Assembly: GCA_050288625.1 (NCBI GenBank)
Contig: JBNKEE010000046.1
Location: 5,145-69,144 of the forward strand
Source: Sedimenticolaceae bacterium
GTDB taxonomy: Bacteria > Pseudomonadota > Gammaproteobacteria > Chromatiales > Chromatiaceae
Direction: 5' to 3'
DNA: 64,000 bases
The position numbers were made by a program, and so were the translations under genes. The number at the start of each line of letters is the position of its first letter. The first letter of the stretch is position 1. Shown piece after piece: positions 52,001 through 60,058 of this stretch. The notes beneath the pieces were generated by a model. That model did no database searches. It was not told where the DNA came from and worked only from the letters and a program-made list of their open reading frames with translations.

Positions 52001-53921
52001 GTACCAGAGCATAGCTTGGTGCCTTGATGAATGTCTGCAGACGGTGTGTTACCGCCACCGGCAGAGGTTCGGATAGCATGGTCTGACCATGTAGCAACAC
52101 CACGGCATTACCCGGGAGCTCCACCTGTGACCAGAGCGTGCGTGCCATGTTTTCTACCACCGCCCAGTTGGCGGAGGCCAAGATCTCACTGCGTGGAACA
52201 CCCTGTGCCTGTAGTTTGCTGGCGTTTTCCATCAGGAACACCGCGCAGGTGGCGTTGATCGCGTGTCCCTTTGCTGCCTGATAAGCGTCGTTGCAGGCAT
52301 CGGCCACGCTTGGCAGGCCGAACAGGGTGGCCAGAGTATCCATAAGGCTGCCGGTGCCGGCTGAGCATTTTAGGTTCATGGCGTTGTTGAAAAGTTCAGC
52401 CTCGCGCAGGGCGATGGTGGATATCTTGGTATCCTCGCCGCCGATATCTACCAATATGCAAAACTCTTCGTTTATATCCTCTATCCCCTGATCCTTTAAA
52501 CGCTGAACATGTTCACGCGCGAGAGCGATCGATCCCCGGGCGTGGGCATAGTTCTCAACCAATACCGAAACGCGTTCGGCCAGTTCCGGGTAGATGCGCT
52601 GCAGTGCCTGCTGCACCTGATAGCGCGCCGAACCCGTTATACCGATGCTGCGTACTGTCAGGGATTCGATACCGGCGGTGTGCAGATCGGAAAAGAGTTG
52701 TTTGATGGTTTCGATGGTGTCGCCCGCATTACTATAGGCGCGTACCGCCAGTACCGCACCGGTTTCGGAGTCGGTTATCAATATCTTGGCCATGGTTGAA
52801 CCGACGTCGAGGCCAAGATTCAGGCTATGGCCATTCAGTATGTCGAGATCAGTATGCTCGATATCGTCGTTGAGACGAAGATAGCGGGCATTTGCCTGGT
52901 ATCTTTGCTTGAGCTCGGTAAAGGCAGGATAGGTCTGCGTGTTTTCACGATGCAGCAGGCGTGAGTCCGGCTGCACGATACCCTGGTCACCGAGGCGGGT
53001 AACCATCTCGCGTAGCGCCGTCAACACCATGGTATTGTCGGGGTCACAGACCACCTCTTTTACCCCTAGGGTAGTCAGATAGTCTTCGGCGCATTCGCGT
53101 GCGAAACGCCAATGAAATACGCGACCGGTAAGGCACACTTTGTCAAAGCCTGGTGTAACCTTGCGGCAGGCCTTGAGTACCTCGGATTTGAGGGTGGTGG
53201 CGAGGGCCATCTCCAGAGGGATGCCCTGATTCTTGTCGGAGATGGTGGCGGATGAACTAAAGACTCCGCAACGATCAGCACGCTCGTTGATCTGCTCTCG
53301 CGCCGCGCGCCCGGCATCACCGGCATAGTCGTTCAATATGCCATCGACCTCCTGGCGACCCAGCCCCAGCTTCTGCAATACCCGGTCGAGATTTACACCA
53401 GAACCGGCGCCGCAGCGTGGATTCACTACCAGTAGATCGTCCTTGAGATCACCGGAACGGTCTACGCCTACCACCAGATAACCAGAGGCGGACAATTCCA
53501 CGATGGCGAGTGATTGTGCATCATCGTTCCCGTTCTGTAGCAGAAGATCATGTGCCGCGAGCCAGGCGGCGGCGCTGGACATAAATACCTTGCCGCAGCC
53601 CAGTGCCTCACGAACCAGCGGACCCAGCTTGCCGCTGATATATATTGGAGCGGTTGAATTGGTTCCGAAGCGCTCGTGCACCTGTTGGCGTGACAACAGT
53701 TCCGGCAGGTCGGTGTTGCTCGGGAACAGTGTGTCGGTGACGATGGTGCCGCTACGATCGAATGTGATGAATCGGATATGGCCGACACCGGCATCAATGA
53801 ACAGGCTCATTCCTGTGTGTACGTCACTTTTCGGACCCGTGACCTGTGTGGTGGCAAGGCTCTTTCCGAAAGGACCATGAGCTGTGATGGCATCTCGCAT
53901 ATATGGATTAGGTTTTGTCAT
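49056..53921 (-). CDS. giant fused BCR/HAD-family protein: tandem BcrAD/BadFG (HgdC-like) activase ATPase modules + two DUF2229/HgdB-like dehydratase-component modules (PlsA/PlsR-like architecture; function unknown)
   Basis: 1621 aa. Module 2 (aa ~365-640) has LDVGSTMAK, DIGGEDTK, KCSAGTG and TCAVF. Module 1 (aa ~38-310) keeps RCGAGSG and RCGVF but has degenerate phosphate loops. The downstream half has STFSCGPD (aa 1047-1054) and GPCRQGQY (aa 1224-1231), typical of activase-related DUF2229 proteins. GGGAG SD 6 nt upstream of the ATG. Confidence 0.85.
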   Translation of the reverse strand: MTKPNPYMRDAITAHGPFGKSLATTQVTGPKSDVHTGMSLFIDAGVGHIRFITFDRSGTIVTDTLFPSNTDLPELLSRQQVHERFGTNSTAPIYISGKLGPLVREALGCGKVFMSSAAAWLAAHDLLLQNGNDDAQSLAIVELSASGYLVVGVDRSGDLKDDLLVVNPRCGAGSGVNLDRVLQKLGLGRQEVDGILNDYAGDAGRAAREQINERADRCGVFSSSATISDKNQGIPLEMALATTLKSEVLKACRKVTPGFDKVCLTGRVFHWRFARECAEDYLTTLGVKEVVCDPDNTMVLTALREMVTRLGDQGIVQPDSRLLHRENTQTYPAFTELKQRYQANARYLRLNDDIEHTDLDILNGHSLNLGLDVGSTMAKILITDSETGAVLAVRAYSNAGDTIETIKQLFSDLHTAGIESLTVRSIGITGSARYQVQQALQRIYPELAERVSVLVENYAHARGSIALAREHVQRLKDQGIEDINEEFCILVDIGGEDTKISTIALREAELFNNAMNLKCSAGTGSLMDTLATLFGLPSVADACNDAYQAAKGHAINATCAVFLMENASKLQAQGVPRSEILASANWAVVENMARTLWSQVELPGNAVVLLHGQTMLSEPLPVAVTHRLQTFIKAPSYALVPPNPGHRACFGLVRTTEQSALLDAVQIDIARFLETSFEKRIIQCRGTACGDDAAICNRTKLTCRQQDDKETKPLSFTLGGCSAINELIAKKKNSGDANATVRDTYKEIWDFIDRQQPRSEAQDRLVIPRSFAVSEWSYLLARLFERLGLPVHVDNVQESDLTAAQPLFNVDSCAPHMGAVGHYRRLAAQPHGMILAPQIEFLPTAGKSMGRTCTLNQGGVAVAMNLARMDHADARLHLFNLDLSELDSETIYSQLWDRLTPLFRHYGIHPDRNSLLDAISGAIDDHLELRAQTADFAADLMEEALEKDIPVALVVGREYILNPGIYDSHVRRLLRDKRMVALPSYLLDLELNAEYEHIYWRNPHAIVTILDAVSQRALHKRLHHPRLSELFRRIESGPDLLPVIQISTFSCGPDSTIQPLIAEIMKQRPFLLIQSDAVIKELAHLENRVNTYVKQLDLGLHERLHINGGKQFDIRTLDEISQSGPINPDSDVICFPTMSDNRMLTAVLRGAGFTCLDTYHEDHDLEQLIKQGRRSTGDAICAPLAGVYADLERAVEAFHNRRDSGDPQFVDKKRLLYFDNKGTGPCRQGQYMHVHQLLYYGKHTSDTSCSALPGQGVLKFLVGQESEGYNIGIDEWVLARAHQALVLEGVLHSLLFTGGVACRDFAEYKRFLADYRLLKRELFAALEAFKGPGKLMRKLLDRVGTVSYLGPAVKYFAYRLHGRDIAKPLHRFAKTWIHGRPPRSDALNIAMTGEAYMRVAQCEDIFRLLLANLGFRRFNLAFTPTWSYMEWLCEEEIETHNEELKRLYATPDHDVTQVKTIQSRILATRMLQFSMRTLVARPLYRAAGVPLPVSTTTATHKARKILPTLRPLGEISPYVGEVMTELRHGTDIVFNIAPNGCMVSSMGEALTPALQHASGKQGRVQHLFSADGDVNQELLTLALLKTMGPERYYRAAADTGVDDERWSDNSYEGELATANSY

Positions 53922-54090
53922 TATTACTCCCTGTGGGCGGATCGTCTCTTCTGTCGGATCCGCGTTTCTTGTTACCTAGTGCGAGATATAGCCGCCAGTA
54001 GCCATTATTTGCAACCACAACGGAAAAAGTTGATACATAATGCCCTGCGGGTAGCGTATTTTGATACTAAATTGGTGCTCTCCCCATGTT

Positions 54091-54837
54091 TTATTTCAAC
54101 AGGATCTTGTCAAACTGGCTGAACATGCCAACCGTCCATGGGCGCATGGCCAGGACCACTGTGGTGCCGAAGCGTTGATCAAACGGCAGGCCGGCATCAT
54201 CGCTAGAAAGCTCATCGAACTCCTTGGCCAGGCGCTCCATCTTTCTATGGAAGACCGATATTGAGCTTTGCGCCAGCATCCCGTTGATCACAATTAGATT
54301 CTCTTGTTGTTTGGAAAAACGGGAATTAAAGAAATCTGATTGTAACTTTTTTAGAAAGAATTGTTGAATGGGGCCGTTCTCTCTCCACTGGAAGTTCGGC
54401 GCCACCAACAGCTTGATGCGATTCTTTGGCAGCAATTCGATCATTTTCAGCCGGTCGAGCTGCGCCAGTAGCTTGATACATCTGGCCTCAGACATCCCGG
54501 AGTGTTCCACTATCTGTTCAAAGGTCCAACGGTTCAACACATAGACGGAGACAAGCAGCAGTTCTATATCACTTACGATCTCTTGCTCCTGCTCCTGGGA
54601 CAAGCCGGTGATCTGGGTGGAGGCATTGTCCTTCAGCATCTGCAAGAGATCGGTGAATTCAATGCCGAGCATGCGGCATATCTCATCTATTCGTTGCAAA
54701 GTGAAGTTCTTTTGCGAGAAGGCCCTCTTCACGCTGGCCTCTGAGATCCGCAGATGTCTTGCTGTATCCGCGTAGGTCTTTCCGTGTGTCTTGAGCGCCT
54801 TTTTGAGCATATTGATTAACAGTGCGGTTTGGGCCAT
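54091..54837 (-). CDS. XRE-family helix-turn-helix transcriptional regulator
   Basis: N-terminal HTH (KTYADTARHLRISEASVKRAFSQKNFTLQRIDEICRMLGI) plus a C-terminal domain of about 170 aa of unknown type. ATG at 54837 has a GGGAG SD; the track ORF extends to 54906. Confidence 0.7.
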   Translation of the reverse strand: MAQTALLINMLKKALKTHGKTYADTARHLRISEASVKRAFSQKNFTLQRIDEICRMLGIEFTDLLQMLKDNASTQITGLSQEQEQEIVSDIELLLVSVYVLNRWTFEQIVEHSGMSEARCIKLLAQLDRLKMIELLPKNRIKLLVAPNFQWRENGPIQQFFLKKLQSDFFNSRFSKQQENLIVINGMLAQSSISVFHRKMERLAKEFDELSSDDAGLPFDQRFGTTVVLAMRPWTVGMFSQFDKILLK

Positions 54838-54892
54838 GCTATTAACTCCCGGTTGGTCTCGAATAATAATACCAACGGGTAAATATAATTCA

Positions 54893-54909
54893 ACGATGTC
54901 TAACATCGT
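54893..54909. promoter_or_regulatory. perfect 7-3-7 palindrome in divergent promoter region (candidate operator)
   Basis: ACGATGT-CTA-ACATCGT lies between the regulator ATG (54837) and the lplT-aas fusion ATG (54973). Confidence 0.35.
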
Positions 54910-54972
54910 AGTACGAATGGACGCGTTGACCTAATCTAGCCCCATCATCAATAACACTAAAGGGCGGGTTGC

Positions 54973-57900
54973 ATGGATAAGCTGTTCAAGGTATCTGGTT
55001 TCATAGCGTTTCTGGTTGTGGTCTTTCTCAATGGCTTTATCGACCTGGGCCACAAGATTCTGATCCAAAACACTATTTTCAAGATCTATGACAGTCAGGA
55101 TCAGATCATCCTGTCTGCCCTGGTCAACGGTTTAATTCTGTTGCCGTTTGTACTGTTGTTCACGCCGGCCGGATTCCTGGCGGATAAATATCGCAAACCC
55201 AGGGTTATGCAGGTCAGCGCAGCGATAGCGGTGGTCCTTACCCTGTTGATTACCTACTCCTACTATATGGGCTGGTTCCAGGTCGCATTCGGCATGACCT
55301 TTCTCCTGGCTGTGCAGAGCGCCTTCTATTCGCCGGCTAAATACGGCTATATAAAGGAGTTGACCGGCAAGGAACAGTTGACCCGGGCCAACGCTGCAGT
55401 GCAGGCGGTGACCATAGTGGCCATCCTGTCTGGTATCTTTGTCTTTTCGGTGCTCTTCGAGCGCTGGCTGACTGACGTCAACTTCAGCAGCGAGAAGGAG
55501 ATATTGCAGATCATCTCGCCGTTGGGTTGGGTGTTGGTGGCCTGTGCCATGCTGGAGTTGCTATTGACCCTCAGGCTCTATCCCACTAAGGCCGAGGCGC
55601 CAGAACTCCTCTTTGACTGGAGCAGCTACGGCACAGGCCGTTACCTAAAGAGCAACCTGAGTAAGATTTGGGGTGACAGCACCATCTGGCATTCCATAGT
55701 CGGCCTATCTGTCTTCTGGGGTATCTCCCAGGTGGTGCTGGCGGCCTTCCCAGCATTCGCAAAAGAGACCATAGATATAACCAACACGGTTGTGATTCAG
55801 GGAATGATGGCATGCTCAGGCATCGGCATTATCATAGGTTCGGTGGTGGCCGGCAAGTCATCCAGGGACTATATCGAGACCGGCCTGATACCCCTGGGTG
55901 CCCTGGGTATAGTGGTAGCGCTGTTCTTTATACCGCAACTGGAGTCTACTGTTCTGCTGGCGATGGTCTTTCTCCTCCTGGGTATCTCCGGCGGCGTCTT
56001 TATCGTACCTCTGAACGCCCTGATCCAGTTCCATGCCAGGGACAGCGAACTGGGCACCGTGCTGGCAGGCAATAACTGGATCCAGAATATCGTAATGCTG
56101 GCTTTTCTCGGGCTCACCGTCATGTTCGCGGTCAACGGGATGGAGAGCATAGGCCTGTTCCATCTGTTGAGCGCCGCTGCTGTGGTGGGCGCCATCTATA
56201 CGGTCTATCAACTGCCGCAGTCGCTGGTGCGTTACGTCATTGCCCGACTGTTCGCCAGCACCTATCGCATCGAGGTAATGGGCTTCAATAATCTTCCGGC
56301 GCAGGGCGGTGTCCTGATGCTGGGGAACCATATAAGTTTTCTGGACTGGGCCATGATCCAGATCGCCTGCCCACGCCCAGTGCGTTTTGTCATGCACCGT
56401 GGTATCTATCAGCGCTGGTATCTGAAATGGTTTCTCGACTTTTTCGGCGTCATTCCGATAGCCCGAGGGCATAGCAAGGAGGCGCTGGAGCAGATAAATG
56501 GTCTTCTCAAGGCGGGTGAGGTGGTCTGCCTCTTCCCCGAGGGGGCCATCAGTCGCAACGGTCAGTTGGGAGAGTTTCGTCGCGGCTATGAACGGGCCGT
56601 AGAGGGCGTCGATGGTGTCATCCTGCCTTTCTACCTGCGCGGACTCTGGGGTAGTCGTTTCTCCCGCTCCAGCGAGAAGCTACAGCGCATCCGCAACCTG
56701 CATCTGCGTAGCGAGGTGATCGTGGCATTCGGCGCCACCCTGCCGCTCAATACTCCGGCCCATGAGCTAAAACAGAAGGTGTTCGATCTCTCCATCGATA
56801 CCTGGGAGCAGCATACCGGTCATCTAGATCCGGTTCCGCTTGCGTGGTTGCGTAGCGCCAGACGGGTAGGCAGTGAATTAAGCCTGGCCGACGCTAGGGG
56901 TGATGTAACCTTGTCCGGCTATAGGGTGATTGCTGCGGTACTTGCCTTTTCCCGTCTGATACGCCGGCGTAGTCCGGAGCGCAACGTCGGTCTGCTTCTA
57001 CCTACCAGCAGTGCTGGGACCATCACTAACCTGGCCTGCCTGTTGCTGGGCAAGACGGTGGTCAATCTGAATTACACCGCCAGCATGCAGGCATTGCAGG
57101 CAGCGGTAAAGAAGGCAGAGATACGTAATATCTACACCTCGCGGCGCTTTATCGAAAAGCTTGTCCAGAAAGGCATGGAGATCAATCCGCTGTTGCAGGA
57201 GGTAGAGGTGATCTATCTGGAGGATATGCGGCATGAGATCAGCAAGGCGCGGCAACTCCGGCTCCTGGCTGCGGCCGTTCTGTTCCCTGCCAGGTTGCTG
57301 TATGCGTTCTTCGGCAAGCGGGTGGGGATAGAGCATCCGGCGGCTATACTCTTCTCCAGCGGCAGTGAGGGTGAACCCAAGGGGGTGGTGCTCAGTCATC
57401 GCAACATTATGGGCAATATCCGTCAGGTCTCGGATGTGCTCGATACCAGGGATGAGGACGTAGTCATGGCTACCCTGCCACTGTTTCATGCCCTGGGACT
57501 GACGGTGACCGGGTTTCTGCCCATGGTGGAGGGTATCCCCGCCATCTGTCATCCCGATCCCACCGATGTCCTCAATATCGCTCAAGCCATCGGAAAGTAT
57601 CAGGCCACTTTCTACTGTGCCACTTCCACCTTTCTGCGGCTGTTCATCCGCAACCGGCGTGTCCATCCCCTGATGCTGGCCTCGCTCCGCATCGTGGTGG
57701 CCGGCGCCGAGCGCCTCAGCCCCGAGGTGCGCGATCAGTTCAAACTCAAGTTCAACCAGGATATATACGAGGGCTACGGCACCACCGAGACCACACCGGT
57801 GGCCAGCGTGAACATACCGGACCGTATTGATCCGCGGGATTGGCAGGTGCAGGAGGGGAATAGGATTGGCACCGTCGGTATGCCATTGCCGGGAAGCAGT

Positions 57901-58428
57901 TTCCGCATCGTCGATCCGGATAGCCTGGAAACCCTCCCGTCCGGGGAGGATGGCCTGATCATGATCGGCGGCACCCAGGTGATGTTGGGTTATCTGGACG
58001 ACCAGGAGAAGACCACGGATGTGATGGTCGATCTGGACGGCAAACGCTGGTACAAGACCGGAGATAAGGGACATCTGGATACGGATGGTTTCCTCACTAT
58101 CGTAGATCGTTACTCCCGTTTCGCCAAGATAGGCGGAGAAATGATCAGTCTCGGCGCCATCGAAGGCATGATCGGTAGGCAACTGCCAGATGAGGTGGAG
58201 ATACTCACCGCCGCTTTGCCGGATGGCAAGAAGGGGGAGAAGGTGGTACTGCTGGTTGCCGGTGATATCCAGGTGGATGAACTCAGGCAGCGTATTGCAG
58301 AGTCTGGGCTAAATCCATTGATGCGTCCGGTGGAGATCATCCCAGTGGATGCAATACCCAAACTGGGCAGCGGCAAGAACGACTACAAGCGTGCCAAAGA
58401 GATTGCACTGGAAGGAGCCTCGACATGA
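54973..58428 (+). CDS. aas: triple fusion: MFS lysophospholipid transporter (LplT-like) / 2-acyl-GPE acyltransferase (PlsC domain) / acyl-ACP synthetase (Aas-like)
   Basis: 1151 aa. About 12 TM helices in aa 1-430. Acyltransferase HX4D as NHISFLD, then FPEGAISRNG. Adenylation motifs SSGSEGEPKGVVLSH, YEGYGTTET, YKTGDKG and GSGKNDY. Confidence 0.88.
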   Translation: MDKLFKVSGFIAFLVVVFLNGFIDLGHKILIQNTIFKIYDSQDQIILSALVNGLILLPFVLLFTPAGFLADKYRKPRVMQVSAAIAVVLTLLITYSYYMGWFQVAFGMTFLLAVQSAFYSPAKYGYIKELTGKEQLTRANAAVQAVTIVAILSGIFVFSVLFERWLTDVNFSSEKEILQIISPLGWVLVACAMLELLLTLRLYPTKAEAPELLFDWSSYGTGRYLKSNLSKIWGDSTIWHSIVGLSVFWGISQVVLAAFPAFAKETIDITNTVVIQGMMACSGIGIIIGSVVAGKSSRDYIETGLIPLGALGIVVALFFIPQLESTVLLAMVFLLLGISGGVFIVPLNALIQFHARDSELGTVLAGNNWIQNIVMLAFLGLTVMFAVNGMESIGLFHLLSAAAVVGAIYTVYQLPQSLVRYVIARLFASTYRIEVMGFNNLPAQGGVLMLGNHISFLDWAMIQIACPRPVRFVMHRGIYQRWYLKWFLDFFGVIPIARGHSKEALEQINGLLKAGEVVCLFPEGAISRNGQLGEFRRGYERAVEGVDGVILPFYLRGLWGSRFSRSSEKLQRIRNLHLRSEVIVAFGATLPLNTPAHELKQKVFDLSIDTWEQHTGHLDPVPLAWLRSARRVGSELSLADARGDVTLSGYRVIAAVLAFSRLIRRRSPERNVGLLLPTSSAGTITNLACLLLGKTVVNLNYTASMQALQAAVKKAEIRNIYTSRRFIEKLVQKGMEINPLLQEVEVIYLEDMRHEISKARQLRLLAAAVLFPARLLYAFFGKRVGIEHPAAILFSSGSEGEPKGVVLSHRNIMGNIRQVSDVLDTRDEDVVMATLPLFHALGLTVTGFLPMVEGIPAICHPDPTDVLNIAQAIGKYQATFYCATSTFLRLFIRNRRVHPLMLASLRIVVAGAERLSPEVRDQFKLKFNQDIYEGYGTTETTPVASVNIPDRIDPRDWQVQEGNRIGTVGMPLPGSSFRIVDPDSLETLPSGEDGLIMIGGTQVMLGYLDDQEKTTDVMVDLDGKRWYKTGDKGHLDTDGFLTIVDRYSRFAKIGGEMISLGAIEGMIGRQLPDEVEILTAALPDGKKGEKVVLLVAGDIQVDELRQRIAESGLNPLMRPVEIIPVDAIPKLGSGKNDYKRAKEIALEGAST

Positions 58429-59411
58429 AGACCGTAGATATCCATACCCACCTGATGAATCCGCAGGTGCGCTTCGATCGACTCTTTGACAAGGTCACCA
58501 TCCGCTTCTTCGCACAGGGGTTGGGTGTGGATGCGGCGGCACTTATGGCCGATCCCTACGAGGTCTATGTGGCATCCATGGCCCGGGCGATCCGCGAATC
58601 CGAACATGTGGAGCGTGCCTGCCTGTTCGGTGTCGACAGCCGCCTAGACGAGCAGGGTAGAGAGATTGATCGAGATCGGACCGTATGTGCCACAACCGAA
58701 GATACGCTGGCAGCGGATCAACGCTATCCAGACACATTCATCCCCTTCTTCTCCATCAACCCCAGACGACAGAATGCACTGGACCTGATCGACGAGTATG
58801 TGGAGAGGGGGTGCTGCGGCGCCAAGTTCCTGCAAAACTATTGGGGTGTGGATCTCAACGATGAGAGATTCATCCCATACTATGAGAGATTGGTCGCCCA
58901 CAAGATGCCGCTGATCATCCACATCGGCAGTGAGTACAGTATCGACTCGGATGCCAGATATGAACGCATAGACATGCTTGATCTTCCTCTGGAGTGTGGC
59001 GTGACCGTCATCGCCGCCCATATGGGTCTGGGACGCATCAACTTCAAACTATGTTTCTGGCGCAACCTATCACAGCGCCCCTACTGTTTCGATGATGACT
59101 ATTTCAGGATGTTGGAAAGACTATGCCGGCACGAAAACCTATATGCTGACATCTCCGCCATCCTGGCGCCGTTGCGTGCCAGGGCTTTGCGTCATCTCTC
59201 TAAACAGATTGATGTGCATCACAAGATTCTGTTTGGTACTGATTACCCGGTGCCATTCTCAGTTCGCTTTAACAGCTACGATCTGCCAGTGGCGAAACGC
59301 AAACAGATCGCACAAATTAAAAACCCGTTCGATCGAAATCTTGCTGTTTTGCTGGAATACTTTCCGGAAGGGAATCCCATCTATGAGAATTATCGGAAGT
59401 TGTTGGGGTAA
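58425..59411 (+). CDS. metal-dependent amidohydrolase (TIM-barrel, Amidohydro_2-like)
   Basis: 328 aa. N-terminal VDIHTHL (HxH metal site), IHIGSE, AAHMG and GTDYP motifs. The start overlaps the aas stop in ATGA. Confidence 0.7.
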   Translation: MKTVDIHTHLMNPQVRFDRLFDKVTIRFFAQGLGVDAAALMADPYEVYVASMARAIRESEHVERACLFGVDSRLDEQGREIDRDRTVCATTEDTLAADQRYPDTFIPFFSINPRRQNALDLIDEYVERGCCGAKFLQNYWGVDLNDERFIPYYERLVAHKMPLIIHIGSEYSIDSDARYERIDMLDLPLECGVTVIAAHMGLGRINFKLCFWRNLSQRPYCFDDDYFRMLERLCRHENLYADISAILAPLRARALRHLSKQIDVHHKILFGTDYPVPFSVRFNSYDLPVAKRKQIAQIKNPFDRNLAVLLEYFPEGNPIYENYRKLLG

Positions 59412-59561
59412 TAGTACATGGAAAGTATATTTGTTACATCTCATCACTCAGCGCCTTGACTACGGGATCCGGCATTAATAGATTGAGAGATCAGGATGCA
59501 AGCATTTAAATGCGTGTGAAATAATTATCCTGTCCTCGTAATTGACAAAATTGAGGCTGCC

Positions 59562-59864
59562 ATGTTTATTGCAATGAATAGATTCAAAATCAGATCAGGT
59601 TGCGAACAGGAATTCATAGATATCTGGGAAGGTCGCAATTCATATCTCCATGCCGTTCCAGGCTTTAAACAATTTCACCTATTGCAAGGTTCGGGCAATG
59701 ATGAATTTACACTATTTTCCTCCCATGCTACATGGGAATCGCGCGAGGATTTTGAGGCATGGACAAGATCCGAAGCGTTTAGAAAGGCGCATGCAAATGC
59801 CGGCAGTAGACAGGATATTTACCTGGGACCGCCACAGCTAGAATGCTTTGAGGTTGTTTTGTAA
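59562..59864 (+). CDS. antibiotic-biosynthesis-monooxygenase (ABM, ferredoxin-like fold) family protein
   Basis: 100 aa. NRF.I..G.E.EF...W..R.S.L...PGF..FHLL.G..........W.S...F..W..SE.F..AH pattern of small ABM/heme-oxygenase-like proteins. Confidence 0.7.
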   Translation: MFIAMNRFKIRSGCEQEFIDIWEGRNSYLHAVPGFKQFHLLQGSGNDEFTLFSSHATWESREDFEAWTRSEAFRKAHANAGSRQDIYLGPPQLECFEVVL

Positions 59865-60058
59865 AAACTATATCGACAGCCAAGAAGAAACATTAGGAAA
59901 GTGCTTTATCAAGTGAGGTTGGGCTGATATTCTGCAAAATAGTAAGGATAACTAAAAAGACAGGATGCATTTCTCACAAAGTAACTAATCATTAGCTAAT
60001 CTATAGGGAATTGATGCGTTCGTTAAAAGTGGCGCATTTGTTTTTAATGATCGGGAAG

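Noticed and set aside
53937-53963. A hairpin GCGGATC-N13-GATCCGC between the regulator and the giant gene, considered as a terminator or attenuator.
   Set aside because: On the transcribed (minus) strand it is not followed by a U-tract and sits just upstream of the SD. It could be a 5'-UTR structure, but the evidence is too thin to call.
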